Positions 54,576 through 62,859 of a stretch of DNA of 64,000 nucleotides are shown here, in pieces. Within the stretch, counting starts at the first letter, position 1, and every line of letters starts with the position of its first letter. Position numbers and translations under genes: made by a program. Under the pieces are notes generated by a model. The model made no database searches, was not told the DNA's origin, and saw only the letters and a program-made list of their open reading frames with translations. This DNA comes from an uncultured Actinomycetota bacterium (lineage in GTDB: Bacteria > Actinomycetota > Actinomycetes > Mycobacteriales > CAVVZQ01), in NCBI GenBank assembly GCA_963752715.1, contig CAVVZQ010000008.1, positions 49,524-113,523 of the forward strand, given 5' to 3'.

Positions 54576-55958
54576 TCATGAGAGTGGGCCGGCCACGAAG
54601 CCCTTGCGCTCGTACCCGAGGCGCGTCGCCGACCAGGCCACGCCCGACCGAGCCCGCTCGGGGGTCGCCCACAGCGGGCAGTTCCCGAGTGCTTCGCCGC
54701 CGAGCGGCAGTGCCGACACTCGCTCACGCTCGTGCTCCTGCAGCATCTCCCCCCAGAGCGGCTCGATGAGTTGGTAGGTGACCAGCCGCTCAAGGTCGTG
54801 GTAGGCGTCGAATCCGCGCGGTGTCAGCCGGTACGCGTCGTGCTCGCGGCGCACGAGGCCGCCTGCAACCAGCGGGGCAAGCACCGCTTCGGCCACGGCT
54901 GCGGGCCCGCGCCCGTACGACCGCTCCAGGCCCGGCACGTCAACGGCCCCTGCGTAGGCCTGCCAGAACCCGTCGTACGCCGCGCCGCCCCACCTGCCCA
55001 GGTGCATCCACCGGGCGACCGGTACTCGGCCCGCCTCGACCGAACGGCAGTAGGTCGCGACCCCGAAGTGGTTGACGAAGAAGTCGCGCCCCAGGTACGA
55101 GGAACTGCCCGCGCCCATGCCGAGGAAACGGCGCCGGGTGATCGAGGTGTACGACGGAGATCCGGACCGGTTGAACGTCCACACGGAGCGGCGCTCATAC
55201 CCCATCCGCAGTGCCATATCGGTCACCGCGTCGAGCACCTCATGCTCGCGGCGGCGGGCGTGGGACGCCTTCCCGAACGGCGTGTACCCGAACCTCATGA
55301 GCGGGTACGTGGAGACCTGGTCCACGCCACTGGCGAAGCAGGTGCGGACATCCGCCAGAAATGCCTCGCGCCACCCGCCGCGAGACCCGCGTATGTCGTC
55401 GAGCGCGACGTCGATGATCAGATCCACGTCCACGCAGCCGAAGCGCTCCCGCGCGTTCCGGACCGCCGCGAGACTGGTGGCCGCGTCGTGCGGGCGCCCG
55501 AGCCGTCGCAGCACGGCGTCGTGGAACGACTGTGCGCCGACGCTGACGGCCGTGAATCCGATCTCAGCGAGGCGGTCCAGCCGGTTCGGGGTGCCGTGGG
55601 TGGGAAGGACCTCGATGGCACGTTCCCCAGCCACCGGTATCCGCCCGACGATGTCGGCAAGCGCGTCGGGGTACAGCGTGGGCGTTCCGCCGCCGACGTA
55701 CAGGGAGGTGAATGGGCGTCGGGCCGGGCTGTGCAGCTTCCGGTTCCCGGCCGCGTACGCCTCGGCGTAGGCGTCGACCTCGGTGCGCAGCGATGCGAAG
55801 TAGCGACGGGCCAGGTCAGCCTCAGCCCGCACCTTGTTGTACGGGCAGAACGGGCAGATCCACTCGCAGAAGGGCACGTGCAGGTAGGCGCCCACGGGTT
55901 CGTCCGACGCCGCTACTACCCTTGCGGGGGTCAGGACCTCGTGCCCGTCGACCCTCAT
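54576..55958 (-). CDS. Radical SAM protein, HemN/HemW (coproporphyrinogen III oxidase-like) family
   Basis: HVPFCEWICPFCPY (CxxxCxxC), YVGGGTPT, GAQSF. Confidence 0.85.
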   Translation of the reverse strand: MRVDGHEVLTPARVVAASDEPVGAYLHVPFCEWICPFCPYNKVRAEADLARRYFASLRTEVDAYAEAYAAGNRKLHSPARRPFTSLYVGGGTPTLYPDALADIVGRIPVAGERAIEVLPTHGTPNRLDRLAEIGFTAVSVGAQSFHDAVLRRLGRPHDAATSLAAVRNARERFGCVDVDLIIDVALDDIRGSRGGWREAFLADVRTCFASGVDQVSTYPLMRFGYTPFGKASHARRREHEVLDAVTDMALRMGYERRSVWTFNRSGSPSYTSITRRRFLGMGAGSSSYLGRDFFVNHFGVATYCRSVEAGRVPVARWMHLGRWGGAAYDGFWQAYAGAVDVPGLERSYGRGPAAVAEAVLAPLVAGGLVRREHDAYRLTPRGFDAYHDLERLVTYQLIEPLWGEMLQEHERERVSALPLGGEALGNCPLWATPERARSGVAWSATRLGYERKGFVAGPLS

Positions 55959-56044
55959 GTCTCCAGTGTTCTCCTTGTGACGCGTCAGAGGGGTGTGTTG
56001 GGGTGAGGTGGTGCGAGGCTCGGAGCCGAGGCAGAATCCGGCAG

Positions 56045-56851
56045 GTGGCCCTCACCGTTCAGGTCGACGTTTCACTGTCCGTAGAGGTTCTCAAGCCTGG
56101 CCAGCTGGCCCTGTGCGTGGGGGCGGCCGCGGCCTCACCAACCGAGGGGGAGGCGCTGCAGGTCCTGGGCCCCGACGGGGCTGAGGTTGAGGTTCGGGAG
56201 GTACGAGCCGACAGCGGCCGAGCACACCTCGTCGATGTGCCCAGCCCGCAGGTGCACGTGGCCTACCGGGCCAGGGTTGATCTCGGCACACGGGACGCCG
56301 AGCCCGTCAGCGAGATCGAGGCTCTGGTGTACCGGCGGCCGAGCCGGTACTGCCCGTCGGACCGGCTCGCCGGGCTCGCCGCCGCAGAGTTCGGCTCGCT
56401 GGACCCGCGGGAGGCAGCGCTGGCTGTCGAGCGTTGGCTGCACGAGAAGCTGTCGTACGTCCCTGGCTCCACCGATGCCGCCGACGACGCCCTGCATCCG
56501 CTGCTGACCCGTACCGGCGTCTGTCGGGACTACGCCCACCTCGGCGTTACGCTGTGCCGCGCGCTCGGCCTCCCGGCCCGGTACACGGCGGTCTATGCCC
56601 CCGGCCTGAGTCCGATGGACTTCCACGCGGTGTTCGAGGCTGCGATCGACGGGCGGTGGTTCGTGTTCGACGGCACCCGACTGGCTCCTCGCCGCAGCTT
56701 GGCACGGATCGCGAGCGGAAGGGACGCGGTGGACACGGCATTTCTCACCCCGCTCAGCGCGGTCGTGGGGTCTGTGCAGCACGACGTGACCGCCACTACC
56801 TACCCTGACCTCCCGGTGGACGACCGAAGCACGCTCGTGGCGCTGGCCTAG
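56045..56851 (+). CDS. Transglutaminase-like cysteine protease family protein
   Basis: TRTGVCRDYAHL and MDFHAVFE (Cys-His core). The GTG start at 56045 is uncertain. Confidence 0.7.
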   Translation: MALTVQVDVSLSVEVLKPGQLALCVGAAAASPTEGEALQVLGPDGAEVEVREVRADSGRAHLVDVPSPQVHVAYRARVDLGTRDAEPVSEIEALVYRRPSRYCPSDRLAGLAAAEFGSLDPREAALAVERWLHEKLSYVPGSTDAADDALHPLLTRTGVCRDYAHLGVTLCRALGLPARYTAVYAPGLSPMDFHAVFEAAIDGRWFVFDGTRLAPRRSLARIASGRDAVDTAFLTPLSAVVGSVQHDVTATTYPDLPVDDRSTLVALA

Positions 56852-57354
56852 CCGGCAGCGATCGTAGCGCCGCTGGTATTGACTCTCACCGTGCCGTCCG
56901 AGCAGACACGATCGTGTCATGAGGGTGTCACCGCATCGGAGGATCCTGGTGACGACGAAGGTCGAGGACTTCGACCGCTGCGCCACATTGACCACCCGCG
57001 CACGATTCCGGTCGGGCTCCTCCCCGCGATCTTCTCGGTCCACACGGTGCCCGTCGCGATCGCCATGCTCGAGCCGCCCGGGTGGCGGCGCTCGTCGTCC
57101 TGAACCAGAACGGCCTGCCCTCGCTGTGGTGCTTCTGGGCAGCCTGCACCAGCATTTTCGTCGCGTGGTAGCGGCGCCGGCTGGGTGGCGACTACCGGGC
57201 CGGCATGCCTTGGCCCTGGCAAGCCTCCGTACCGATTTCGCCATCCCCTGCCCCGACATAGGGCAGGGGGGCGGAGGTCCGGCACGGGAGGGTGCGGCGT
57301 AGCCTCCCCCTCGGACACCCAGCCCGAGGGCCTGAAGACTAGGGGACGACGACG

Positions 57355-58245
57355 ATGCACGACGAGAACATCAACCATGCTTTCCTGGACGGGATCCTTG
57401 CCGGAGAGGTGGATGTCTACTACCACTTCGGTGTCGCCAGCGACGACCCCGTTCTCGAGCAGTTCCGAGACGTCCGGGCTGTGATCCTGGCCGGCTCCGG
57501 CGAACGCATCAGCGAGTTCGCCCAGCGCTGGAGCGCGCTGCACGACAACGCCCCGATCGTTGGGCTGCCCAAGGAGGAGCGCTTCGTCACCCGGTACTGC
57601 GCCGGGGTGCTCTTCGCCTCTCATGGCATGGGGATGCCAAGTGCCTCCATCGCGGTCCAGGAACTGATGCGGATGGTCTACTTCCTGAAGCGAGGCGACC
57701 ACGACGCGATGGCCGAGGTCTTCTGGGCCCGGGTCGGGACCAGCGGTGGTGTAGGTCTGCCCGGTGGGACTGTCGTCGTCACCACTGAGGGCCTTATGGC
57801 TGACCTGCGACCCTTCCGCCTGCTCAAGGGGGGGGAAGGGGAGTACTGGTTCGACGGCACGTTCCCAGCAGACGTGGCCCGGGCGATCGTCGACGCGAGC
57901 GCCGACAGCGGTATCCCGATCGAGCTGGGCCGCACCATCGCCGGAAACGAGTTCTTCCTCGAGCAGTTCCGCCTGGACGGGGCCATCTGCATGGAGACCC
58001 CCGAGTCCAAGATGGCGTGGCTCGAGTGGATCAACGCGGAGGGTGTGCGCAACATCGAGATGGAGGGGGCCATGCTCGCCGGCTACCTCAACCACTGGGG
58101 ATTCCCGAAGTTCGCGATGATCTGCACGACCTTGTTGAACCGGCTGGACGGTGACCAGGTGACCGCCACCAAGGAGGAGCTGCACACCTTCAGCGAACGC
58201 TCCGGCGATGTGCTGTTCGCGTACCTCACGGCGACCCTCGGGTAG
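57355..58245 (+). CDS. udp: Uridine phosphorylase (PNP/UDP family, eukaryote-like type)
   Basis: FASHGMGMPSASI, RVGTSGG, IEMEGAML. Confidence 0.8.
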   Translation: MHDENINHAFLDGILAGEVDVYYHFGVASDDPVLEQFRDVRAVILAGSGERISEFAQRWSALHDNAPIVGLPKEERFVTRYCAGVLFASHGMGMPSASIAVQELMRMVYFLKRGDHDAMAEVFWARVGTSGGVGLPGGTVVVTTEGLMADLRPFRLLKGGEGEYWFDGTFPADVARAIVDASADSGIPIELGRTIAGNEFFLEQFRLDGAICMETPESKMAWLEWINAEGVRNIEMEGAMLAGYLNHWGFPKFAMICTTLLNRLDGDQVTATKEELHTFSERSGDVLFAYLTATLG

Positions 58246-58290
58246 TACTGGGACGACTGGCGCCGGGCGGCCGATCCTCGCCACGCTCAT

Positions 58291-58338
58291 GGGACCTTCG
58301 GCCCTGTTCACTCCTTCATGCGGGGCGGAGTGTCAGGG
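58291..58338 (+). promoter_or_regulatory. Conserved leader element, copy 2
   Basis: GGGACCTTCGGCCCTGTTC (19/19 identical to copy 1), then CGGGGCGGAGTGTCAGGG. Confidence 0.5.
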
Positions 58339-58374
58339 AGACGATGAACTGTGAGTGGAGAGGGGAACGGCAGC

Positions 58375-58842
58375 ATGTCCACGACGACGCACACGCGCAG
58401 TGTTCACATCGACGCTCCGGTGGAGAAGGTCTTCGACTACGTCAAGGACCCGCACCACTTCTTCGCGGTCATGAGTGAGGCTCCCGGATCCCGCCTCACC
58501 GGGCACGTGAAGGGCGAGCTCACCGGTGTCGAGATGGCGCCCGACGGCGGAGTCGGGTCGACCTGGTCGTTCAAGGGAGCCTTGTTCATCTACCACTTCG
58601 ATGCGGTCCTGACCCGAACGGAGTTCACCCCCAACGAGCGCATCGTGGATGACAACTCCGACGCCGGCGCGACCTGGACGTCGACCTTCGAGCCGGACGG
58701 GACGGGCACGAGCTTCACCCTGGCCTTCACCACCTCCTCCAAGCTGCCGCTGGTCGACAAGGCTGTCGACGCCCTCTCCTGGAAGGGCGACCACGACCTC
58801 GACGCCATGCTCGGCAGCTTCAAGAAGGCGATCGAAGCCTGA
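58375..58842 (+). CDS. SRPBCC family protein, paralogue 2
   Basis: MSTTTHTRSVHIDAPVEKVFDYVKDP...PNERIV...FKKAIEA. A GTG at 58351 is an alternative start. Confidence 0.8.
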   Translation: MSTTTHTRSVHIDAPVEKVFDYVKDPHHFFAVMSEAPGSRLTGHVKGELTGVEMAPDGGVGSTWSFKGALFIYHFDAVLTRTEFTPNERIVDDNSDAGATWTSTFEPDGTGTSFTLAFTTSSKLPLVDKAVDALSWKGDHDLDAMLGSFKKAIEA

Positions 58843-58888
58843 TCGCGCCCTGTGCATATGGGGCGCATCGAGCCAGCAACAGTGGTCC

Positions 58889-58947
58889 GCCAGTCAGATA
58901 GGGGGGCCAGTCGGAACGGGGCCAGTCAGAGAACGGGGCCAGTCAAG
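58889..58947 (+). repeat. Four direct repeats GCCAGTC(A/G)(G/A)(A/G) spaced 15-17 bp
   Basis: Copies start at 58889, 58906, 58921 and 58938, in the spacer between SRPBCC paralogues 2 and 3. Confidence 0.85.
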
Positions 58948-58962
58948 AAGGGGATGGTCGCA

Positions 58963-59403
58963 ATGACCAGTACGTCGCACGAACGCAGCATCCACATCGA
59001 CGCGCCGGTGGAGAAGGTCTTCGACTACGTGAAGGACCCGAAAAACCAGTGGGATGCGTACGAGCAGCAGGGCAAGGTAACGCTCGCCGAGAAGGAGATC
59101 ACCGCCGATGCGGGCGAGGGATCCACCTGGAGTTGGCACAGTCACATGCTGTTCATCCCCATTCACGGGACGATGACCCGCCAGGTCTACGTCCCCAACG
59201 AGCGGATCGCCGACCACTCGACCACGGGAGTGACATGGACCTACACCTTTGAGCCGGATGAATCCGGCACCACCTTGACCATGAAGGTCGAGGTATCCAG
59301 CCCGGTGCCGTTCCTGGACAAGATCGAAGACCAGCTTGCCTGGAACCGCGACCGTGACCTCGACACCTGGCTCGGCAATTTCAAGAAGGCGATCGAAGCC
59401 TGA
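58963..59403 (+). CDS. SRPBCC family protein, paralogue 3
   Basis: MTSTSHERSIHIDAPVEKVFDYVKDP...PNERIA...FKKAIEA aligns with paralogue 2 from residue 1. The upstream part of track ORF 58852..59403 has lower GC3. Confidence 0.8.
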   Translation: MTSTSHERSIHIDAPVEKVFDYVKDPKNQWDAYEQQGKVTLAEKEITADAGEGSTWSWHSHMLFIPIHGTMTRQVYVPNERIADHSTTGVTWTYTFEPDESGTTLTMKVEVSSPVPFLDKIEDQLAWNRDRDLDTWLGNFKKAIEA

Positions 59404-59444
59404 GGACGGGAGGTCCCCGCGGGTCGAACCGCGGCCTCCCCCGC

Positions 59445-59840
59445 CTAGGCAGCGTTGGGGTCGGGCTGGTGGATGCCGAAGGTGTTGCCCTCGGTGTCGA
59501 GGAAGTAGCCTTGCCAGGCGATCCCGGTCAGCGCCATCTTCGGGAGTGCGACCTGGCCACCCGCTGCCAGGATGCGTGCCTGGGTGGCATCGAAGTCGTC
59601 CACCTGGGCTGTGCACACGTAGGCGTTCGTCCCTTGCCCGGGCCCCGGGGTGGACGCCGGACGCTGCAGGAGACCCCCGTTGATTCCCGGCGCGTCCTCA
59701 GGGCCCGTGACGATGCCCCAGTAGGTAGCGCCAGAGACCCCGCTCCAGTCCTGGAACGACCAGTCCAGCGTCGCCTCGTAGAAGGCCTTGGCACGTTCCA
59801 CGTCGTCAGCCTGGATCTCGAAGTGCACCACGCGCGCCAC
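59445..59840 (-). CDS. VOC (glyoxalase/bleomycin-resistance) family protein
   Basis: VARVVHFEIQADDVERAKAFYE. GTG 59840 is preceded by GGGGAGG. The ATG at 59861 is an alternative start. Confidence 0.8.
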   Translation of the reverse strand: MARVVHFEIQADDVERAKAFYEATLDWSFQDWSGVSGATYWGIVTGPEDAPGINGGLLQRPASTPGPGQGTNAYVCTAQVDDFDATQARILAAGGQVALPKMALTGIAWQGYFLDTEGNTFGIHQPDPNAA

Positions 59841-59883
59841 GGCGCCTCCCCATACGTCCAAACCCGCCGTGTGACGGCTGGGA

Positions 59884-59923
59884 CTACTACCTGCTACTAC
59901 CTGCTACTACCTGCTACTACCTG
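59884..59923. repeat. (CTACTACCTG)x4 perfect 10-bp tandem repeat
   Basis: Read directly. Lies between the VOC start and the end of the mnh operon. Confidence 0.95.
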
Positions 59924-60019
59924 CCTGGTACGACAGTACGAGCCTGACACTGGGGAGTCCCGCCCGACCGGCCGGACCGTCTTTGCGCGGTCTCAGCGAA
60001 GAACCGTTGCCTCTCGTCG

Positions 60020-60367
60020 CTAGCGGCCAGGCTGATCCGTGGAGGTGCCGCGCGCCTCGGCTGGCTCGTCCACCTGAGTCAGCGGTGGCCGCGCCGTCCC
60101 CGAGCGATAGGCGGCCTTGCCCAGCGCGAGTCCGCCCAGCGGAACCGTGAACAGGTGCAGCACGAGGGCGGCGAGCAGTACAGCGGCGACTCTTGGGCTC
60201 GGGGCATCCAGCAGAGCTCCCAGCAGAATGAGTGCCACCCCCAGCACGGCTGCCTTGGAGACAGCACTCGCGCGTGTCAGCGGATCAGGCAGCCGGATCA
60301 GCCCGAGGCCTGCGAGCGCTATCAGGGCGGCACCCAGAAGCTGACAGGCGGTCGCGAGGACGTCCAT
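60020..60367 (-). CDS. mnhG: Na+/H+ antiporter Mrp/Mnh subunit G
   Basis: Position and size in the operon, three TM helices, LIRLPDPLTRASAVSKA. Confidence 0.8.
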   Translation of the reverse strand: MDVLATACQLLGAALIALAGLGLIRLPDPLTRASAVSKAAVLGVALILLGALLDAPSPRVAAVLLAALVLHLFTVPLGGLALGKAAYRSGTARPPLTQVDEPAEARGTSTDQPGR

Positions 60368-60630
60368 CAGTGCCTCTCGTCGTCTCGGTGCACGAGTCGT
60401 GCGAGCGAGATAGTCGCGACGAAGCCGCCGAGGACGGCGACCAGTGCGACATCCAGGAGCACCGGTTGGTTCAGCCGGTCGGAGACAATCACGATCGCTC
60501 CGACGGTGGCGATGAACACCAGCTCAGCAGCGACCGCCCGGTCAGCCGCGCTCGGCCCGCGCCAGATTCGCAGCAGCGCGAACAGGACGCCGACGGCCAC
60601 GAGCACCAGCGCAATGTCAGTCCCTGTCAT
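60367..60630 (-). CDS. mnhF: Mrp/Mnh subunit F
   Basis: 87 aa, three TM helices, LLRIWRGPSAADR. Confidence 0.8.
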   Translation of the reverse strand: MTGTDIALVLVAVGVLFALLRIWRGPSAADRAVAAELVFIATVGAIVIVSDRLNQPVLLDVALVAVLGGFVATISLARLVHRDDERH

Positions 60631-60992
60631 ACGGCATCCTCCGGGGAGTGCCGGCGAAGAGCCCGCAGCACTCGGGTCTCGAGGTCCATGACGTCGCGAC
60701 GGAGCCGCTCTGGATCAGAGCCGTACATCCCGTGGACCCAGACAGCAGGCTCGTCGGTGACACCCACCGTCAGGGTTCCGGGGACGAGGGTGATCAAGGA
60801 CGACACTGTCGCCATCTCGGCACGGGTGCGACAGCGCAGCGGCACCACGAGGATCGCCGGGGAGATGCGAGCCGATGGTGCCACCACGTCCCTTGCGACC
60901 TGGGCTGACGCCCGCGCGACCTGCCACGCCGCCCAGAGCACCAGACCGACCACGGCAGCTACGCGGCGAGCGAAACGGACGACGAAACTCAC
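60627..60992 (-). CDS. mnhE: Mrp/Mnh subunit E
   Basis: 121 aa, SLITLVPGTLTV motif. Overlapping start and stop codons with both neighbours. Confidence 0.75.
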   Translation of the reverse strand: MSFVVRFARRVAAVVGLVLWAAWQVARASAQVARDVVAPSARISPAILVVPLRCRTRAEMATVSSLITLVPGTLTVGVTDEPAVWVHGMYGSDPERLRRDVMDLETRVLRALRRHSPEDAV

Positions 60993-62473
60993 AGCTGCAG
61001 CACCGCCTCTACGTAGGCTTCACCCGACTCGAGTCCCTGACCGGCCACGTCGGCGAGCTGCAGCAGCCATTCGGGCGCCAGGCCGACAGCCAGGCTCGCG
61101 ATCGCCAGGACCAGCCCGGGTCCAACGAGGGCCGCTGCCCAGTGGGCGGGACGCGGGTCGCGACCGACCTCCTCAGGGGCCGGCTCGGGGCGCTTCCCCC
61201 AGAACACACCGTTCGCGATCTTGAGCATCGACATCAATGTCCCAAGGCTGACCACGAGCGCCACGATGATGACGACGACCCGTTCGTCCAGTGCCGCGGC
61301 CCGCAGCACGCCGTACTTGGCCCAGAAACCGGACATCGGAGGCAGCCCCACCAATGACGCCGCCCCCAGGAGGAAGGCGAGGGCCACCCAGCGGTGCAGC
61401 CGGGCCTCAGCGCCGAGATCGTCGATGCGACCGGTCCTGCGCCGTACCTCCACCACACCCAGCGTCAGGAACAGCGAGGTCTTCACGACGGTGTGGTGCA
61501 CCAGGTAGAACACGACGGCCGACAGCCCTACTGCCCCGGCCAGCACGAGACCGACGAGGATGTATCCGACCTGGCTGACCATGTGGAAGCTGAGGACGCC
61601 CCGCATCGTGGTCCCGCCCAGCGCACCGAGCACCCCCACGATCATGCTCGCCAGCGTGACCGTCAGGATGACGACGGTCAGCATCGTCGTCGGTTCCAGC
61701 ACCAGCGTGGTCACCCTGATCAGTCCGTAGACGCCGATCTTGGTCAGCAGGCCGGAGAAGATCGCAGTCACCGCGGGGCTCGCAGCCGGGTAGGTAACCG
61801 GGAGCCACGAGTGCACAGGGACGACCGCTGCCTTCACCCCCAGGGCGACCAGTACCACTCCGGTCGCCACAGCTACTCCCGTCGCTCCGGCGCCGAGACC
61901 GTTGAGCTCGGCCAGGTTGACCGTCCCTGCCGAGGCGTAGACCAGCCCGACCCCCGCCAGCAGGATGGTCGACGCAGTGAGGTTCACGGCCAGGTAGAGA
62001 CGTCCCGCCCGGATCGCGCCGGGCGTGCCCCGACGGGCGAGGAGGACGTACGAGGGCAGCAGCGCCACCTCGATCATCACGAACAGGTTGAACAGGTCCG
62101 CTGTGACGTATGCCCCGTACACGCCGGCGGTCATGGCCAGCAGCATCGGCACGAACCAACGGTCGTCGTCATCACCGGCGGCGATGGCGAAGACGGTCCC
62201 CGCCAGGACGAGCAGCGCGGACACCGTGAGCATCAGGGCGCTGAGGGTGTCGGCCGCGAAGGCGATGGCGACACCCGGGACCCAGCCGCCCACCTGGGTC
62301 GCCACCACACTTCCATCGCTGGTCTCGATGACCAGCCCGACCCCGATCGTGCCCACCCCGACGGGGACTGCCAGCGCGAGCGATCGACGCAGCCACGTTC
62401 CCGGGACGAGCGCGGCAAGAGCGGCCGCCACGAACGGGACGGCCACGACGAGCGGTAGCAGCGCTGGGTTCAC
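60989..62473 (-). CDS. mnhD: Mrp/Mnh subunit D (NuoM/NuoN-like proton-translocating subunit)
   Basis: 494 aa, about 14 TM helices, complex I antiporter-like sequence. Confidence 0.85.
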   Translation of the reverse strand: MNPALLPLVVAVPFVAAALAALVPGTWLRRSLALAVPVGVGTIGVGLVIETSDGSVVATQVGGWVPGVAIAFAADTLSALMLTVSALLVLAGTVFAIAAGDDDDRWFVPMLLAMTAGVYGAYVTADLFNLFVMIEVALLPSYVLLARRGTPGAIRAGRLYLAVNLTASTILLAGVGLVYASAGTVNLAELNGLGAGATGVAVATGVVLVALGVKAAVVPVHSWLPVTYPAASPAVTAIFSGLLTKIGVYGLIRVTTLVLEPTTMLTVVILTVTLASMIVGVLGALGGTTMRGVLSFHMVSQVGYILVGLVLAGAVGLSAVVFYLVHHTVVKTSLFLTLGVVEVRRRTGRIDDLGAEARLHRWVALAFLLGAASLVGLPPMSGFWAKYGVLRAAALDERVVVIIVALVVSLGTLMSMLKIANGVFWGKRPEPAPEEVGRDPRPAHWAAALVGPGLVLAIASLAVGLAPEWLLQLADVAGQGLESGEAYVEAVLQL

Positions 62474-62859
62474 GCTGGCTTCTCCTCGTCCTCGTACGCG
62501 TCCTCGTACGCGTCCTGATACGCGTCCTCGTCCTCGGCCTGGGTGGTTCGCGTCCGGTTGCGCTCACCCGTGACTCGGGACTTGGCCGTGAGCGCCAGGA
62601 GGAACACTGTGACGCCGAAGGTGATGACGATGGCCGTCAACACGAACGCCTGGGGCAGCGGGTCGGCCACCGACGCATTGTCGAGATCGTCGGAGATGAA
62701 GGCGGGCTCGCGACGGTTTGCTCCCCCGGCCGCGAGGATCAGCAGGTTGACGGCATGACCGAGCAGGATGAACCCCAGGACCAGCCGCACCGTGCCACGG
62801 CGCGCCACCAGGAAGGCGCCGGCTGCAGCCAGGGCAGCGATGGCGATGACCAGGCTCAT
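62470..62859 (-). CDS. mnhC: Mrp/Mnh subunit C (NuoK-like) with an acidic repeat tail
   Basis: LGFILLGHAVNLLILAAG, PLPQAFVLTAIVI. The tail reads EDEDAYQDAYEDAYEDEEKPA. Confidence 0.85.
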   Translation of the reverse strand: MSLVIAIAALAAAGAFLVARRGTVRLVLGFILLGHAVNLLILAAGGANRREPAFISDDLDNASVADPLPQAFVLTAIVITFGVTVFLLALTAKSRVTGERNRTRTTQAEDEDAYQDAYEDAYEDEEKPA

